A stretch of 63,856 nt of DNA, the filler included, from Octopus bimaculoides (Eukaryota), in the NCBI RefSeq assembly GCF_001194135.2. It is 8 parts of 8 records of this genome, joined end to end, with 100 filler letters (N's around TTAATTAATTAA, not from the genome) between each part and the next. Parts side by side here need not be neighbours in the genome. Positions count along the whole stretch, not along the records: positions 1 to 21,334 come from NC_068985.1; 7 more parts are not named here. One strand, given 5' to 3'. Positions 1 through 11,935 of this stretch are shown here, in pieces. The position numbers and the translations under genes were made by a program. How positions within the stretch are numbered: position 1 is the first letter of the stretch; every line of letters starts with the position of its first letter. A model generated the notes under the pieces. It saw only the letters and a list, made by a program, of their open reading frames with translations, had not been told where the DNA came from and made no database searches.

Positions 1-261
1 ATAGCGCTGATAACCTGCTGTAAAATTCTGAAGTACAGTGCCAGAAAAAATGTTCAGGGACACGCAAGTGCTAGCATTCATTTACGGCGTACATGTATAT
101 ACATTCATATATGGTATGTTTTATGGGATAGTGTTCAGACAGTAGTAATGAAATTAATATATTTATGGTGTGCATGCATATATGTATATATGTATGCATC
201 TATGTATGTATGCATATATACATACTCATATGTATGTTGGTATGTATGTATGTATGTATCT

Positions 262-533
262 ATAGCTGTGTGGTAAGAAACTTGTTTCCCAACCACATGG
301 TTCCGGGTTCAGTCCCACTGCGTGGCACCGTGGGAAGGTGTCTTCTACTATACCCTTGGACCGACCAAAGCCTTGTTAGTGGATTAGGTAGACGGAAACT
401 GACAGAAGCCACCTTTTTTAACATTTTTGTCCTTGTTCTTTTGCCACGTCATGTACCCAGTTATGTATCTATATATACATGTGGATGAACGTATATACAT
501 ACATGTACATATATATACATATACTCATATATT

Positions 534-572
<39 letters not shown>

Positions 573-1025
573 NNNNNNNNNNNNNNNNNNNNNNNNNNNN
601 NNNNNNNNNNNNNNNNNNNNNNNNNNNNNNNNNNNNNNNNNNNNNNNNNNNNNNNNNNNNNNNNNNNNNNNNNNNNNNNNNNNNNNNNNNNNNNNNNNNN
701 NNNNNNNNNNNNNNNNNNNNNNNNNNNNNNNNNNNNNNNNNNNNNNNNNNNNNNNNNNNNNNNNTTTGTTGTTGAGTTTGTTTTTCTTTTATCTTCATGT
801 GTTTGTTTTTTATTAACCTTTCAAATCGGGCAACCTTTCTGCCGCACCATGTGTACATATGCATGTATGTATATCTTTGTGTGTTTGTATTTGCTCCCAC
901 CATCGCTTGATAATCAATTGTTGCTGTGTTTACGTCCACGTAACTTAACAAAATAAGTACTAAACTTACAAAAATAAGTCCTGGGGTCTCAAATAACTGC
1001 AACAAGAACAAAAGAATAAAAGAAT
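262..1025 (+). mobile_element. tRNA-derived SINE family A, degenerate copy (head 262-410, microsatellite/gap, body and tail about 878-1025)
   Basis: Head GCTGTGTGGTAAG...GGTTCAGTCCCACTGCGTGGCACC (A/B-box-like) and body CATCGCTTGA...AATAAGTCCTGGGG match the intact copy at 61789-62173. Confidence 0.75.
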
Positions 1026-1331
1026 ATATGTATACATACATACATACATACATACATACATACATGCATGCATACATACATACATACATAACCTAGAATA
1101 CATGCCCAAAGAAGTCGCACGACTCTACCGCAAAGTATCATCACATCAAAAGACGAGCCTATATAAGCAGAAGATGTATCAGTAGAAAACTCCGAGACGA
1201 TAGTAGCATGATCATCAGAGCAGTTTGTCATGGACCAATAGCTGGGTTACTACCTCCCACTTTGAAGAGCATGCGTTTGCGATCCAGGAACAGGAAATAC
1301 CTGATGCACAAAAAGGATAGAGATGCAGGGA

Positions 1332-1536
1332 TAAGCTACTCAGATATCTGGATGGTTGTACACTTACAGATTTTTATTAATATGCCACATGTTTTTATAA
1401 ATTAGCGCTTGCATCTATTCTTGTAGATTCTCCAGATTTAATTTTTCTTGAGAGGATTTGTCTCTTTTTATAGTATTATTGAATGTGTAGGGGTGGAGAG
1501 AGAGATATAGGAGAGTAAAAGAGGGTGAGGAGTGGG

Positions 1537-1612
<76 letters not shown>

Positions 1613-1891
1613 CTCACTCATTGACTAATCACAATATTTCATTATTCTTACTCGTTTACAACTTTGGAACAACAGAGCCTAAAAAAGGCAAGAAACCCAG
1701 ATAGTGGGACATTTTTGTGCAAACTAGAATTGAACCTGGTTAACTTGGTATTCATATTTGTTTCCTTTCTTGTTTGAACTAACCAATTGTATCGATGTAA
1801 ACACAATTCCTTCTTCTTCCTTTCTTCTTTCTTTCCTTCTATTTTCCATGGACACTCCGTGCAGATACACAGGCACACACGCGCACACACA

Positions 1892-1930
<39 letters not shown>

Positions 1931-2412
1931 ACACACACAAGGACACCCACACTCTCCGTCACTGGACAATGGTAACAACTTTTTGAAAAACAACTTTCTT
2001 CCAAACAATGCCCCACCTTAAATAGCCACCTGGTTTTGCCATTTTTGAAGGCCAAGAATCAACTTGTCATTGAAAGCTGTAAACACAATTCCTTCTTCTT
2101 TCTGCTTTCACCTTTCTTTCTCTTTCCTATTGACACTCCTTTCNNNNNNNNNNNNNNNNNNNNNNNNNNNNNNNNNNNNNNNNNNNNNNNNNNNNNNNNN
2201 NNNNNNNNNNNNNNNNNNNNNNNNNNNNNNNNNNNNNNNNNNNNNNNNNNNNNNNNNNNNNNNNATAATACTATAACAAGAGACAAATCCTTTGAAGAAA
2301 AATTAAATCTGGAGAATCTACAAGAATAGATGCAAGCGCTATTTTATAAAAACACGTGACATGTTAATAAAAATCTGTAATTGTACAACCATCCAGATAT
2401 CTGAGTACCTTA
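1332..2412. repeat. Inverted repeat pair (arms 1332-1479 and 2265-2412) around a microsatellite-containing core
   Basis: Right arm is the reverse complement of the left with few mismatches; visible in the ORF track as the same peptide tail EKLNLENLQE on both strands. Confidence 0.85.
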
Positions 2413-2422
2413 TTTTTTTTCT

Positions 2423-2464
<42 letters not shown>

Positions 2465-2487
2465 TATATATGTATATATATATAATT

Positions 2488-2713
2488 AGATCGAACTAGC
2501 AAGGTATCTCAATTTAAGTGCCTAAATCCAATCGAAACTTGATATTTTATATATTTATGTGTGTGTGTGTGTGTCTCTGTGTGTGTGTGAGTGTGTGTGT
2601 GTGGTGTGTGTGAGTGTGTGTTTGTATACATATATATATATATTAATTAATATATATAATCAAGATTCGGTTGAATTAAGTACTTAAATTGTGGCAACTT
2701 GTTAGGCCGATCG
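2488..2713. repeat. Degenerate inverted repeat (2488-2543 / 2659-2713) enclosing (TA)/(TG) microsatellite; old MITE-like element
   Basis: CAATTTAAGTGCCTAAATCCAATCGAAACTTGAT vs revcomp CAATTTAAGTACTTAATTCAACCGAATCTTGAT. Confidence 0.55.
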
Positions 2714-2946
2714 AATTTACACATCCAAAAGTATCAAGTAAATATCAAACTCTGCGCAGAAGGGTCTGCACTTGATATTTTTGCAGTGTATGCAGATAAC
2801 AGGATCCAACTTAGTGAAGAGATCCGTTCTTGGTTGTTCACACATGCAGTTTATATAAAAATACAAAAATATTTTCTGTATAATTTATGAAGTGTAGATG
2901 CAAACAAAGGTAGGTGAATAAAAAATAAATGAGTAACGAAGATGTA

Positions 2947-3184
2947 CAGGTGTCAATTCATTACGGCTGTTTCAAGCGACTCCTTCTGCCAAAAATATTA
3001 CAACAGAATCAACGTAACTATTCGAGCTCCGTTGGTGGTAGGGATATGTTAAAGCAGATGGTTTCTCCTTTGTGTGTGAAGTCTATGCAGACATCTGACG
3101 AAAACGGTTTCTTTGTAATGGTGTAATGTTTTCATTAATCAATTACAGGAGTCACTTGAAACGGCCGTAATGAATTGACACCTG
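2947..3184. mobile_element. Tc1/mariner-type MITE, 37-bp TIRs, TA target duplication
   Basis: TA|CAGGTGTCAATTCATTACGGCTGTTTCAAGCGACTCC ... GGAGTCACTTGAAACGGCCGTAATGAATTGACACCTG|TA (2 mismatches). Confidence 0.85.
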
Positions 3185-3419
3185 TATATCTTTGTTACTC
3201 TTATTTTACACACACACACACACACACATACACACACAGACGCACACACACACATACACACAGAGACACACGCACACACACACTCACANNNNNNNNNNNN
3301 NNNNNNNNNNNNNNNNNNNNNNNNNNNNNNNNNNNNNNNNNNNNNNNNNNNNNNNNNNNNNNNNNGTTAAGAGTGATACAGATGTTAGTGTTTATGTGGG
3401 TTGTTCTTCGGATAAGATT

Positions 3420-3456
<37 letters not shown>

Positions 3457-3626
3457 ATATAATATGCAGTTCAATACTGAGAAAATTCAAGAACTCCAAT
3501 ATCGGCCCACAAAGAGACTAAAATCAGAATACACAAAAGCAGGGAGTAATGCAATCTCAGAGTCAGAGCTGGTGTGCGGCCAGGGAATCCAATCGAGTGA
3601 TGATGCAACATTCCATGTGCATATTA

Positions 3627-4556
3627 TTCGGTTGTCAAGAAAGTTCTTGCGGAATTTTTAATTTTGGTTTTAAATGATGTATTTTCAAATTAATTTACGT
3701 TAAATTACGTTGCCTTTATATATCATTTTAAAGCCCGTTTTTCGCTCTATCTAATCATGTTACTCTTTTTCTTTTTGAATAATTAGGCCATGTTTTCCGG
3801 GACGTTGAATACAACATGGACAAAATGTCAATTCACACAATTTTCTTATTCCAGTTCAAGCTAGACCGAAAAGCTGCTGAAACAGCTTGCAATATCAACA
3901 ATGTGTTTGGCCCAGGAACCACTAATGAACGTACAGCACAATGGTGGTTCAAGAAATTTCGTAGCGGTGATGAGAGTCTTGAAGATGATAAGCGTAGTGG
4001 TTGGCAATCGGATGTTGATAACAATCAACTAAGAGCCTTAGTGGAAGCCAATCCACGCACAACTGTTCGAGAGCTTGCTTCTGAATTAAACGTAACGTAT
4101 ACGATAATTTCCAACCATTTGAAAGAGAGTGGAAAAACAAAAATGGGTGCCGCACAAATTGAACGACAGCCAAACAAAAAAACAAAAAAAAACGCCGTTT
4201 TGAAGTGTTGTCTTCCCTTCTTTTACGCAACAAAAACGACCGGATTATGACTTGCGATGAAAAGTGGATTCTTTACGACAACCGACGATGCTCAGCTCAG
4301 TGGTTGGACGCCGAGAAAGCTCCACGGCACTTCTCGAAGCCAAAGTTGCACCAAAAGAGGTTCATGGTGACTTTGGTGGTCTGCGGCCGGTCTCATCCAT
4401 CACAGCTTTTTGGATCCAGGCGAAACCAGTACGGCGAAGTACTGTCACCAAATGGATGAAATGCATAAGGAATTCCGACAACAGCCAGCATTGGTCAATA
4501 GAAAAGGACCAATTCTTCTCCACGACAACGCTCGGCCAAACGTTGCACAAATGACC
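3627..4556 (+). mobile_element. Mariner (cecropia/Hsmar1-like) transposon, frameshifted and 3'-truncated
   Basis: 5' TIR-like TTCGGTTGTCAAGAAAGTTCTTGCGG after TA; peptides IFLFQFKLDRKAAET, WFKKFRSGDESLED, TCDEKWILYDN, and LHDNARP at about 4519-4540. Confidence 0.92.
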
Positions 4557-4753
4557 CTATAGAGAACTTTCCTTCTCAGTCGTCTGGATTATTGCTCTAC
4601 ACTATGGTCACTGTTTTCTAGTCGCACAAATTGAGGCAATTCAGTGAACGTTACATAAAAGATAAAATTAACAGATGAACTACTGGGAGAAGGTAGAGGA
4701 ATTAAAGCGCTTCATTCTACAGAGAAGGCGTGAAAGACATGCAGTCGTATATA

Positions 4754-4803
<50 letters not shown>

Positions 4804-5448
4804 CCTTGAAGTTCTAGCTCCCAAATTTGTATTTAAAAGCCATACTATCAAAGGGACCGGAGGGCACTNNNNNNNNNNNNNNNNNNNNNNNNNNNNNNNN
4901 NNNNNNNNNNNNNNNNNNNNNNNNNNNNNNNNNNNNNNNNNNNNNNNNNNNNNNNNNNNNNNNNNNNNNNNNNNNNNNNNNNNNNNNNNNNNNNNNNNNN
5001 NNNNNNNNNNNNNNNNNNNNNNNNNNNNNNNNNNNNNNNNNNNNNNNNNNNNNNNNNNNNNNNNNNNNNNNNNNNNNNNNNNNNNNNNNNATATATATAT
5101 ATATATATATACATATATACATACATACATATACATACACACACATATTTGTGTGTGTGTGTGTTTGTGTGTTTGTGTGCGTATCCAACCATCCATCTAT
5201 CCATCCATCCATCCATCTATACACACATACATGCATATACATACATACATACATGTATACAGCCAATTCTACTAGTTGTGAAACATAATCTTCAATATGA
5301 TTCTGCCCATGCCATTTATCAACTAAAACAAATACGGCAACGAAGATAAAATTGGGTCCTTGCTATTTTACTATTTAATGGACTCTCTGGACACTTCTGC
5401 GGGGAGCCATTGATAAATGATACAGATGGTGATTTATAATGTTAGTTC

Positions 5449-5531
<83 letters not shown>

Positions 5532-5592
5532 TATACGATGTATGTATAGCTGAATTTTTGCATACATACTGATACATATATATATATATATA

Positions 5593-5638
<46 letters not shown>

Positions 5639-5682
5639 TATGCATCAGTATGTACATATACACATATTTGTATATATATGCA

Positions 5683-6125
5683 TGGCTAGGGACAGTCGTG
5701 ATAGTATGGGAAAATCTGTTTCCCTACCACATGGAATTTCTCTACCACATGGATTCAGCGCCACTGCGTGGCAACTTAGTCTCGCCATCTACTATAACCT
5801 CGGGCCAATCACTGCCTTGTGAGTGGATCTGGTGAAAAGAAAGTGTATGTATGTATGTACGTACGTATGTATGTATGTACAAGTATATATATATTTATGT
5901 GTATGTGCGTCTCTCTGTCTGTGTTTGTCCCCTCCACCACCACCACCACCACCTAATCACGCGTGTTAGTGTGTCTACGTCCCCGTTATTTAGCGTTTCG
6001 GCCAAAGAGTCTGATAGAATAAGTACAACACTTAAAAACATGTTCTAGGGTCAATTTATTCGACTTAAATTCCTCATGGTGGCACCTCCACATATCCGTA
6101 GTCTAATGAATGAAACAAATAAAAG
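5683..6125 (+). mobile_element. SINE family A, strongly degenerate copy with internal microsatellite
   Basis: CCACTGCGTGGCA...CTACTATAACCTCGGGCC...GTGAGTGGAT head; TACGTCCCCG...GATAGAATAAGTAC body; TGAAACAAATAAAAG tail. Confidence 0.7.
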
Positions 6126-6140
6126 ATTAAAATAATACAT

Positions 6141-6212
<72 letters not shown>

Positions 6213-6885
6213 GCACACACATGTAAAACATAACGCAAAAAATGTGAGGCAGATATATATCTATTCTTCTATATGCTTTCCTTACTGCTACAACTGTTTC
6301 GCAACTTTCGTTATGTAATATTATTAAGTTCACTACGCAAAACTTTTATAAATGAACAACTATTATAAATTAACAACACAGTTGCTTGTATGTGCTTTGG
6401 GATGTATCAATATGTGCAAGAACGTCACTGTAGATATGTGGGTGTATGTAGCTAAAGAAAGGCATACCAGTTGCTTAATCTATGGAGTTTTGTTTTCCGA
6501 ATCGGAAAATAAGTGTTCACCTAATATCTGTGCTACATGGAGATCACGATGCAGGACAATATCGGATACGGAGAAGTGCAGGAAAATAAGGTGAAGTAAA
6601 TGGAAATGTCACCAGGCGACTGTGGGTTTCAGCCAAGTGGCTGCGGTCATGCTGCGGTCATGCTGGAGCACCACATATAATATATAATATGTAACTGGCT
6701 ACATGATGACCAGAATATTTGGAGATTATTTGATATGCTTAGCGACGACCATCGAGAGTACAAATGCTGGGCTATTTATCTCCAGCTACTGCCACTCCAC
6801 AACTCAATACATATAGCGTGGATATTTTACTGTAATCTAGATTTTATATTTCCGATTTTTAGTTAAGTGTATGCACACAAACGAA

Positions 6886-7168
6886 GGCGTTTGGCTTCGT
6901 GGTTAGGGCATTCGGCCCATGATCGTAAGGCCGTGAGTTCAATTCCCAGCGACGCGTTATGTCCTTGAGCAAGACACTTTATTTCACGTTGCTCCAGTCC
7001 ACTCAGCTGGCAGAAATGAGTAGTGCCTGTATTTCAAAGGGCTAACCTTGTCATACTCTGTGTCACGCTGAATCTCCCTGAAAACTACGCTAGGGGTACA
7101 CGTGTCTGTGGAGTGCTCAGCTACTTGCACATTAATTTCACGAGCAGGTTGATCCCTTGATGGTAACC
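6886..7168 (+). mobile_element. tRNA-derived SINE family B (central GTCCTTGAGCAAGACACT...CCAGTCCACTCAGCTG domain)
   Basis: TGGTTAG and GAGTTCAATTCC boxes; matches 61083-61397 (-); 3' half shared with 49669-50050. Confidence 0.8.
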
Positions 7169-8118
7169 GACAGAGTGCTCCTTACACACAAACACGCAGA
7201 TACGAACACACACACAGAAGCACACTCACTCGTATACGCAAAAACATGCACACGCACACACACACACACACAGACGTGCACATACGCACATGCATGCGCA
7301 TGCATACACACACACATGCAAGCACACACCCACACTGAAATACCCACAGTCACACATGTATCCTGGGTATTAATGTGCACTATATATCACTAATATTTAG
7401 AACTGAATTTGTTCCCTTATATTCAAAAGGAGAAAGTTATAAAGTTGTGCGATATATATATATATATTCATGTAACAGACTGAAAACATTTTAAATGAAG
7501 ACAGATAAAGACAAGTAAAATTGTATATACATTGACAGAAAAACATCAATACTGAAGATATTAATTAGCCCTGGGCAAGATAAAATGCGTCAGGTAAAAA
7601 GATAATACCTCTGTATGCATGAGCTCATGTGTATATATATATACATATGCGCATGTGTGTTTGTGTGTGTGTGTATGCGTGAGTGGGTATGTACGTTCTT
7701 ATACTCATTATTTTTTTAATAAGTATCTTGTATTTATCTTTCAAATATACGATGCATTGTGTTCAAAGAATCTTCATGACATCGCTCTGCTGGTAACATG
7801 AGTCAACGGTAGCGCGACTTATTTGATTTAGCTGGAATTTTATCAAAAAACATTTACAGTTTCGTTGTTTAGTGACGTAATTCGGAATTTCTGTCGTTCC
7901 TCTAGAGCAACGCTAGGCATAAAATTTATACACAAAGGTACACAACGCTTCGAAATAACTAAGAGATAACATAACCGATTTGGAAATAGATCGATATTTT
8001 ACAGGTTAAAACAATATCAGGTGTTTTACACTAATGTATATTCACGTATGTCGTATATCTCTCAGTGTTTTGCTTAACTTAGTATATGTATGTATAGTAA
8101 CGGGCACACACACGCACG

Positions 8119-8155
<37 letters not shown>

Positions 8156-8821
8156 GCACGCACATACGTATGTATGTATGCGTATATATATATATAAATA
8201 TATATATACAAATAAATATACATATATACACACACATATGCACACATACACACACGCTCACTATATAAATATATATGTATATGTATATGTATATATATTA
8301 ATGTTTATAGACATAGTTACCATGCCTTATCGCTTGACATTGCTTTGTTTTGAGTAATTCAATATTATTACATAATTCTGTGATAAATCATATTAATACC
8401 ATTATGGTTGACAGCCAATTCGTAGATTGTAAGGTTTCGACATAAAATGTTCTAAAACATCTGAAATCAGCGAAAGACGTCATTGCGATAATACTGTTAT
8501 TAAAACTCTGTAACAATGTACATATGTACGAAGTGGTGTTTTCTAATTAATGAAATCTATAGTAATACAGATATCAACCTAGTAATTTTCAGAATTTTTA
8601 TTGGGGCAAGACTGCAGTGTACATTAAATATATCAGATAATTTCAAGAACGTTATACAAAATTTAACTGTCAAGCAATAATTTTGGTATGTGTAATATTT
8701 AATTTAACTTGAGGTCATTCATATATTCATTTCCTGTATTTAACTAAATCTATTTTTATTCGGTAATATATAATATTGCTTATAGTATGTCATTTAATCT
8801 TATAAATCTAACCAGTGTAAA

Positions 8822-8905
8822 GGTAATTTGTTCCGAAAACATTTCCGGACTGAATCCGGAACCGTGTGTTTGGGAAGCAAACTTCTTAAAACATTGACAT
8901 GCCTG
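8822..8905 (-). mobile_element. SINE family A head fragment
   Basis: GGACTGAATCCGGAACCGTGTGTTTGGGAAGCAAACTTCTTA is the revcomp of the family A head. Confidence 0.55.
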
Positions 8906-8918
8906 CAGTAAATTTATG

Positions 8919-9133
8919 CGAAGGTTTGCTGAAAAGTTCCTGGCTTTAAGGGTATAGCAAAGGGCCTGGTGGAGGCTCAATCTTCTGAGCTCTTTTACAG
9001 GGCTTAGAAAAGCTGAAGGACAGCTGCAATAATTCTGTGAATCTGAGAGAGGAATTTGTTGTATAAAATCATAATTAACTAATCTTCCTTTATATTCTTT
9101 TACTCCAAACCAGAAACCTAACAGCACCCCATC
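8919..9133 (+). mobile_element. Mariner-derived MITE (same family as 17386-17601), degenerate
   Basis: CGAAGGTTTGCTGAAAAGTTCCTGGCTTT ... AAACCAGAAACCTAACAGCACCCC; interior encodes transposase C-terminus-like QGLEKLKDSCNNSVNLREEFVV*. Confidence 0.8.
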
Positions 9134-9429
9134 TTATTATAAATGATAGCGCACACAAGCAGAGATACATGCAAACATCTACACTTATACCTACATACAT
9201 TCTTACAGATATAAATATCCAGTACCACCCTGGAAGGTATGTTTGAGGCTCACTTTACAATTCCCTGATCAATATATTTACAGCCTCAAAGTGTAATCTT
9301 TGTTATTAGGTGTCACCTTTGGAAGTAAAATCCGTTGAAGGTTAACTGATCGATGTCAATAGCATCGGTTGGAAGTGCGACACAATAGCAGCGGTTCTCT
9401 AACACCCATTTTGCGGACCAACTTCCTTC

Positions 9430-9915
9430 CTTAATCATCATCATCATCATCATCATTTGTCTTTTAGCCTTCTCAGGTACCTCAGTCATCCTACTAAGTC
9501 GTTCTCAAATGGAAGTTGATCCTCCTCTTTGGGGACACTTTTGCTGACGAAATCACCAATCTTTAAGTTTTCTTTTAGCACACGTTCTTATATGCACTGT
9601 CCGAATTTTCTACCAACTGACTAACAAATGCATACTGCAGTATCGATACATATTTCTCCTGTTTATCTCCTTCCGTTAACTCTTTATTTCTGCCCCTCTT
9701 GAACTAAAACATGCATACCTACTGTCTTATTTCTCGTACCACTTGCTCACACATATTTTCGCTCACACATACATACTTCAACTTCCACTTCCTGCCTCTA
9801 CACTTTATTCCAATTTTCTCCATCTTTGCGTCTGACCGACAATTACCCTTATCCTTTTCTCTACCGCTACCAGCTTCCGTCGGTCGTTTGATAACCATGC
9901 TTGTACAATAATACA
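9430..9915 (-). mobile_element. Possible 3' end of an RTE-type LINE, heavily decayed
   Basis: Minus-strand peptide KCRGRKWKLKYV resembles the RTE C-terminus; ends in a (GAT)n tail at about 9432-9455. Confidence 0.3.
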
Positions 9916-10371
9916 CAATTTTTTCCTCTAAATCTTTTATATTTCACAATTCATGATAAAGGTCTTCTTACTCGAAACATTGATGACTTTTTTTTCCCCT
10001 TGCGACGCAATACCTTGTTTAATTTTTTTGGTTGCTGTTAATTTATATCATAGTTCTACATATCTGGATTACCTTCACTGACGCAGATCACCACCTTCAT
10101 CCCTCAGATTCTGCATAAATAGAACGATTGGCAGTTGTATATACAGAACAAGAGATAGGTAGTTAGCACACTAGAACATGTGATAGACAGAATCGACAGA
10201 CAGGTAGATTAACAAACATAGGGACGAACAGACAGACATAAGACGATCTGACACGCAGACAAAGATAGATAGAACATTTTACAAATATCTTACAGAAAAG
10301 TGGACAGAAATAAACTAGTATAGCAATACTGATATGGAGAGACAGAATCATACTACACAGAGAGGGAGAGG

Positions 10372-10419
<48 letters not shown>

Positions 10420-11527
10420 GGAGAGTGACACAGAGACAGAGTAGAAGAGAGAGAGAAGAGTGGGAAGGAGAGAGGGAAGGAGGGAGATGCATAAATAGAT
10501 AGAATGAAAGAAACAAAGAAGATTGTGAAGTAGAGGTAGAGGCAATGTGAGAAAAAGTAAAACGTATGACTAAAATGATCACATCCGCGTACAAAGACAG
10601 ACAGTTGTAAAAAAATGAAAAAGGAAATGAAATCCTCGAGATGTTGCTGGAGACAATTTAAGCAGTTGTCAGCAGTAGATGACGACACGAAAGTCACCTA
10701 CCATTCTTCGGAAGAAGATTTCAAAACAAAAAGAGAGAAAAAAAGTAATTAAATTGACATTGTGAACACAAGGGGCGTTTGGTTGTTCAACGTAAAATTT
10801 ATGCATGCTACTTGCACAATAGAAAGGAAATGATATGAACAATTTCCTATCTGACATTTTCTCCATTATTGTTATGTTATTGTAAAGTCAAGAGTTTTTG
10901 TTTTGTTCAATCACCTCTCATTTGTACGGTTTATACAAATATGGCGGAAAAGTAAGAACACTTGCCTTATATTTATTTAATTGTTTTTGAGGGGTGGGAG
11001 AAGAAAAGATGGCCGAAGAGAAGAGTGGTTCGCATCGCAAACAAAATATCAGATGTGATCACAAAGTGTGACTTCTCGAGCAAGTATTAAGTTTTAAAAA
11101 ACTCAGTTCTTGTGAGCATCACTGGGTAGACGGAAACTGCGCAAGTAGTCAGGTGGACTGTACATGCTATTGAATGGACCAGTCTTATAACGGGAGCTCT
11201 GCCTTAGAACTAGTTTCAGAGCACACATGACTACAGTAGTTTAGCTATTCAAACAGCTGGAATACTCTTCCTCAAATCCGACGAAAAACGAGATTTGGCC
11301 TTACTGCTTATCTAACTTAACTCTTTGAAACGCTTAGTTTTAGAATGGTGGCAGCTGATGAAGGAAATGTTCTCTATGTGGCCTGTGTGTTTTCTGTGCT
11401 CTGTTTATGTTCTGTTTCTCATTTTGTCCACATTGTTTTTGTGACGTCCTTTACCCAGATATGCATCTATATATACATGTAGATGTAGGTATGTACGTAT
11501 ATATGCATATACTCACATATTCTTTGT

Positions 11528-11529
11528 AC

Positions 11530-11601
<72 letters not shown>
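11528..11601. repeat. (ATT)n trinucleotide microsatellite running into a gap
   Basis: Direct reading. Confidence 0.95.
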
Positions 11602-11721
11602 NNNNNNNNNNNNNNNNNNNNNNNNNNNNNNNNNNNNNNNNNNNNNNNNNNNNNNNNNNNNNNNNNNNNNNNNNNNNNNNNNNNNNNNNNNNNNNNNNNN
11701 NTATATATATATATATATATC

Positions 11722-11935
11722 ACTTGATTACGTGACCCACCAGGTTGTCTGACGTTGTTACACATCACTGGTTACAATGCGTTTTTGCATTGTTTTAGCC
11801 TGCAAATGACGCCACCACGTTGGCTAGGCGAGCAGGATAACATTACTCGCCCCCGATCCAAGGGGGACAAGAGCAACGTGAAATGATGTGTTTTGCTCAA
11901 GAACACAACGCCCAGATTACAGTGTAGTTCGTAGA
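11722..11935 (-). mobile_element. SINE family B variant (B2), head truncated
   Basis: GAGCAACGTGAAATGATGTGTTTTGCTCAAGAACACAACGC is the revcomp of the family B central domain; tail shared with 49300-49565 (AAATGACGCCACC..TGGCTAGGCGAGCAGG). Confidence 0.6.

Noticed and set aside
262-330. tRNA-like heads as tRNA genes (also 6886, 33232, 46575, 49669, 61789)
   Set aside because: They continue into SINE bodies and lack a complete cloverleaf
165-1089. Long ORFs of Y/I/C/V/H/T repeats and X runs, here and throughout the window
   Set aside because: Translations of dinucleotide and tetranucleotide microsatellites and N gaps
1090-1310. Protein-like peptides on both strands (TNCSDDHATIVSEF; YFLFLDRKRMLFKVGG)
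   Set aside because: No recognisable family and no consistent splice frame
2700-2870. Cys-rich minus-strand frame CMCEQPRTDLFTKLDPVICIHCKNIKC
   Set aside because: No known Zn-finger spacing, weak acceptor, ends in a stop
7790-7925. CRE-like TGACGTAA and RFX X-box-like GTTCCTCTAGAGCAAC
   Set aside because: Imperfect short motifs with no linked gene
9951-9985. Hammerhead-like CATGATAAAGG...CTCGAAACAT
   Set aside because: Core and stems too degenerate
11325-11380. GAAACG followed by CTGATGAAGG (possible type II hammerhead order)
   Set aside because: Could not form stems I and III
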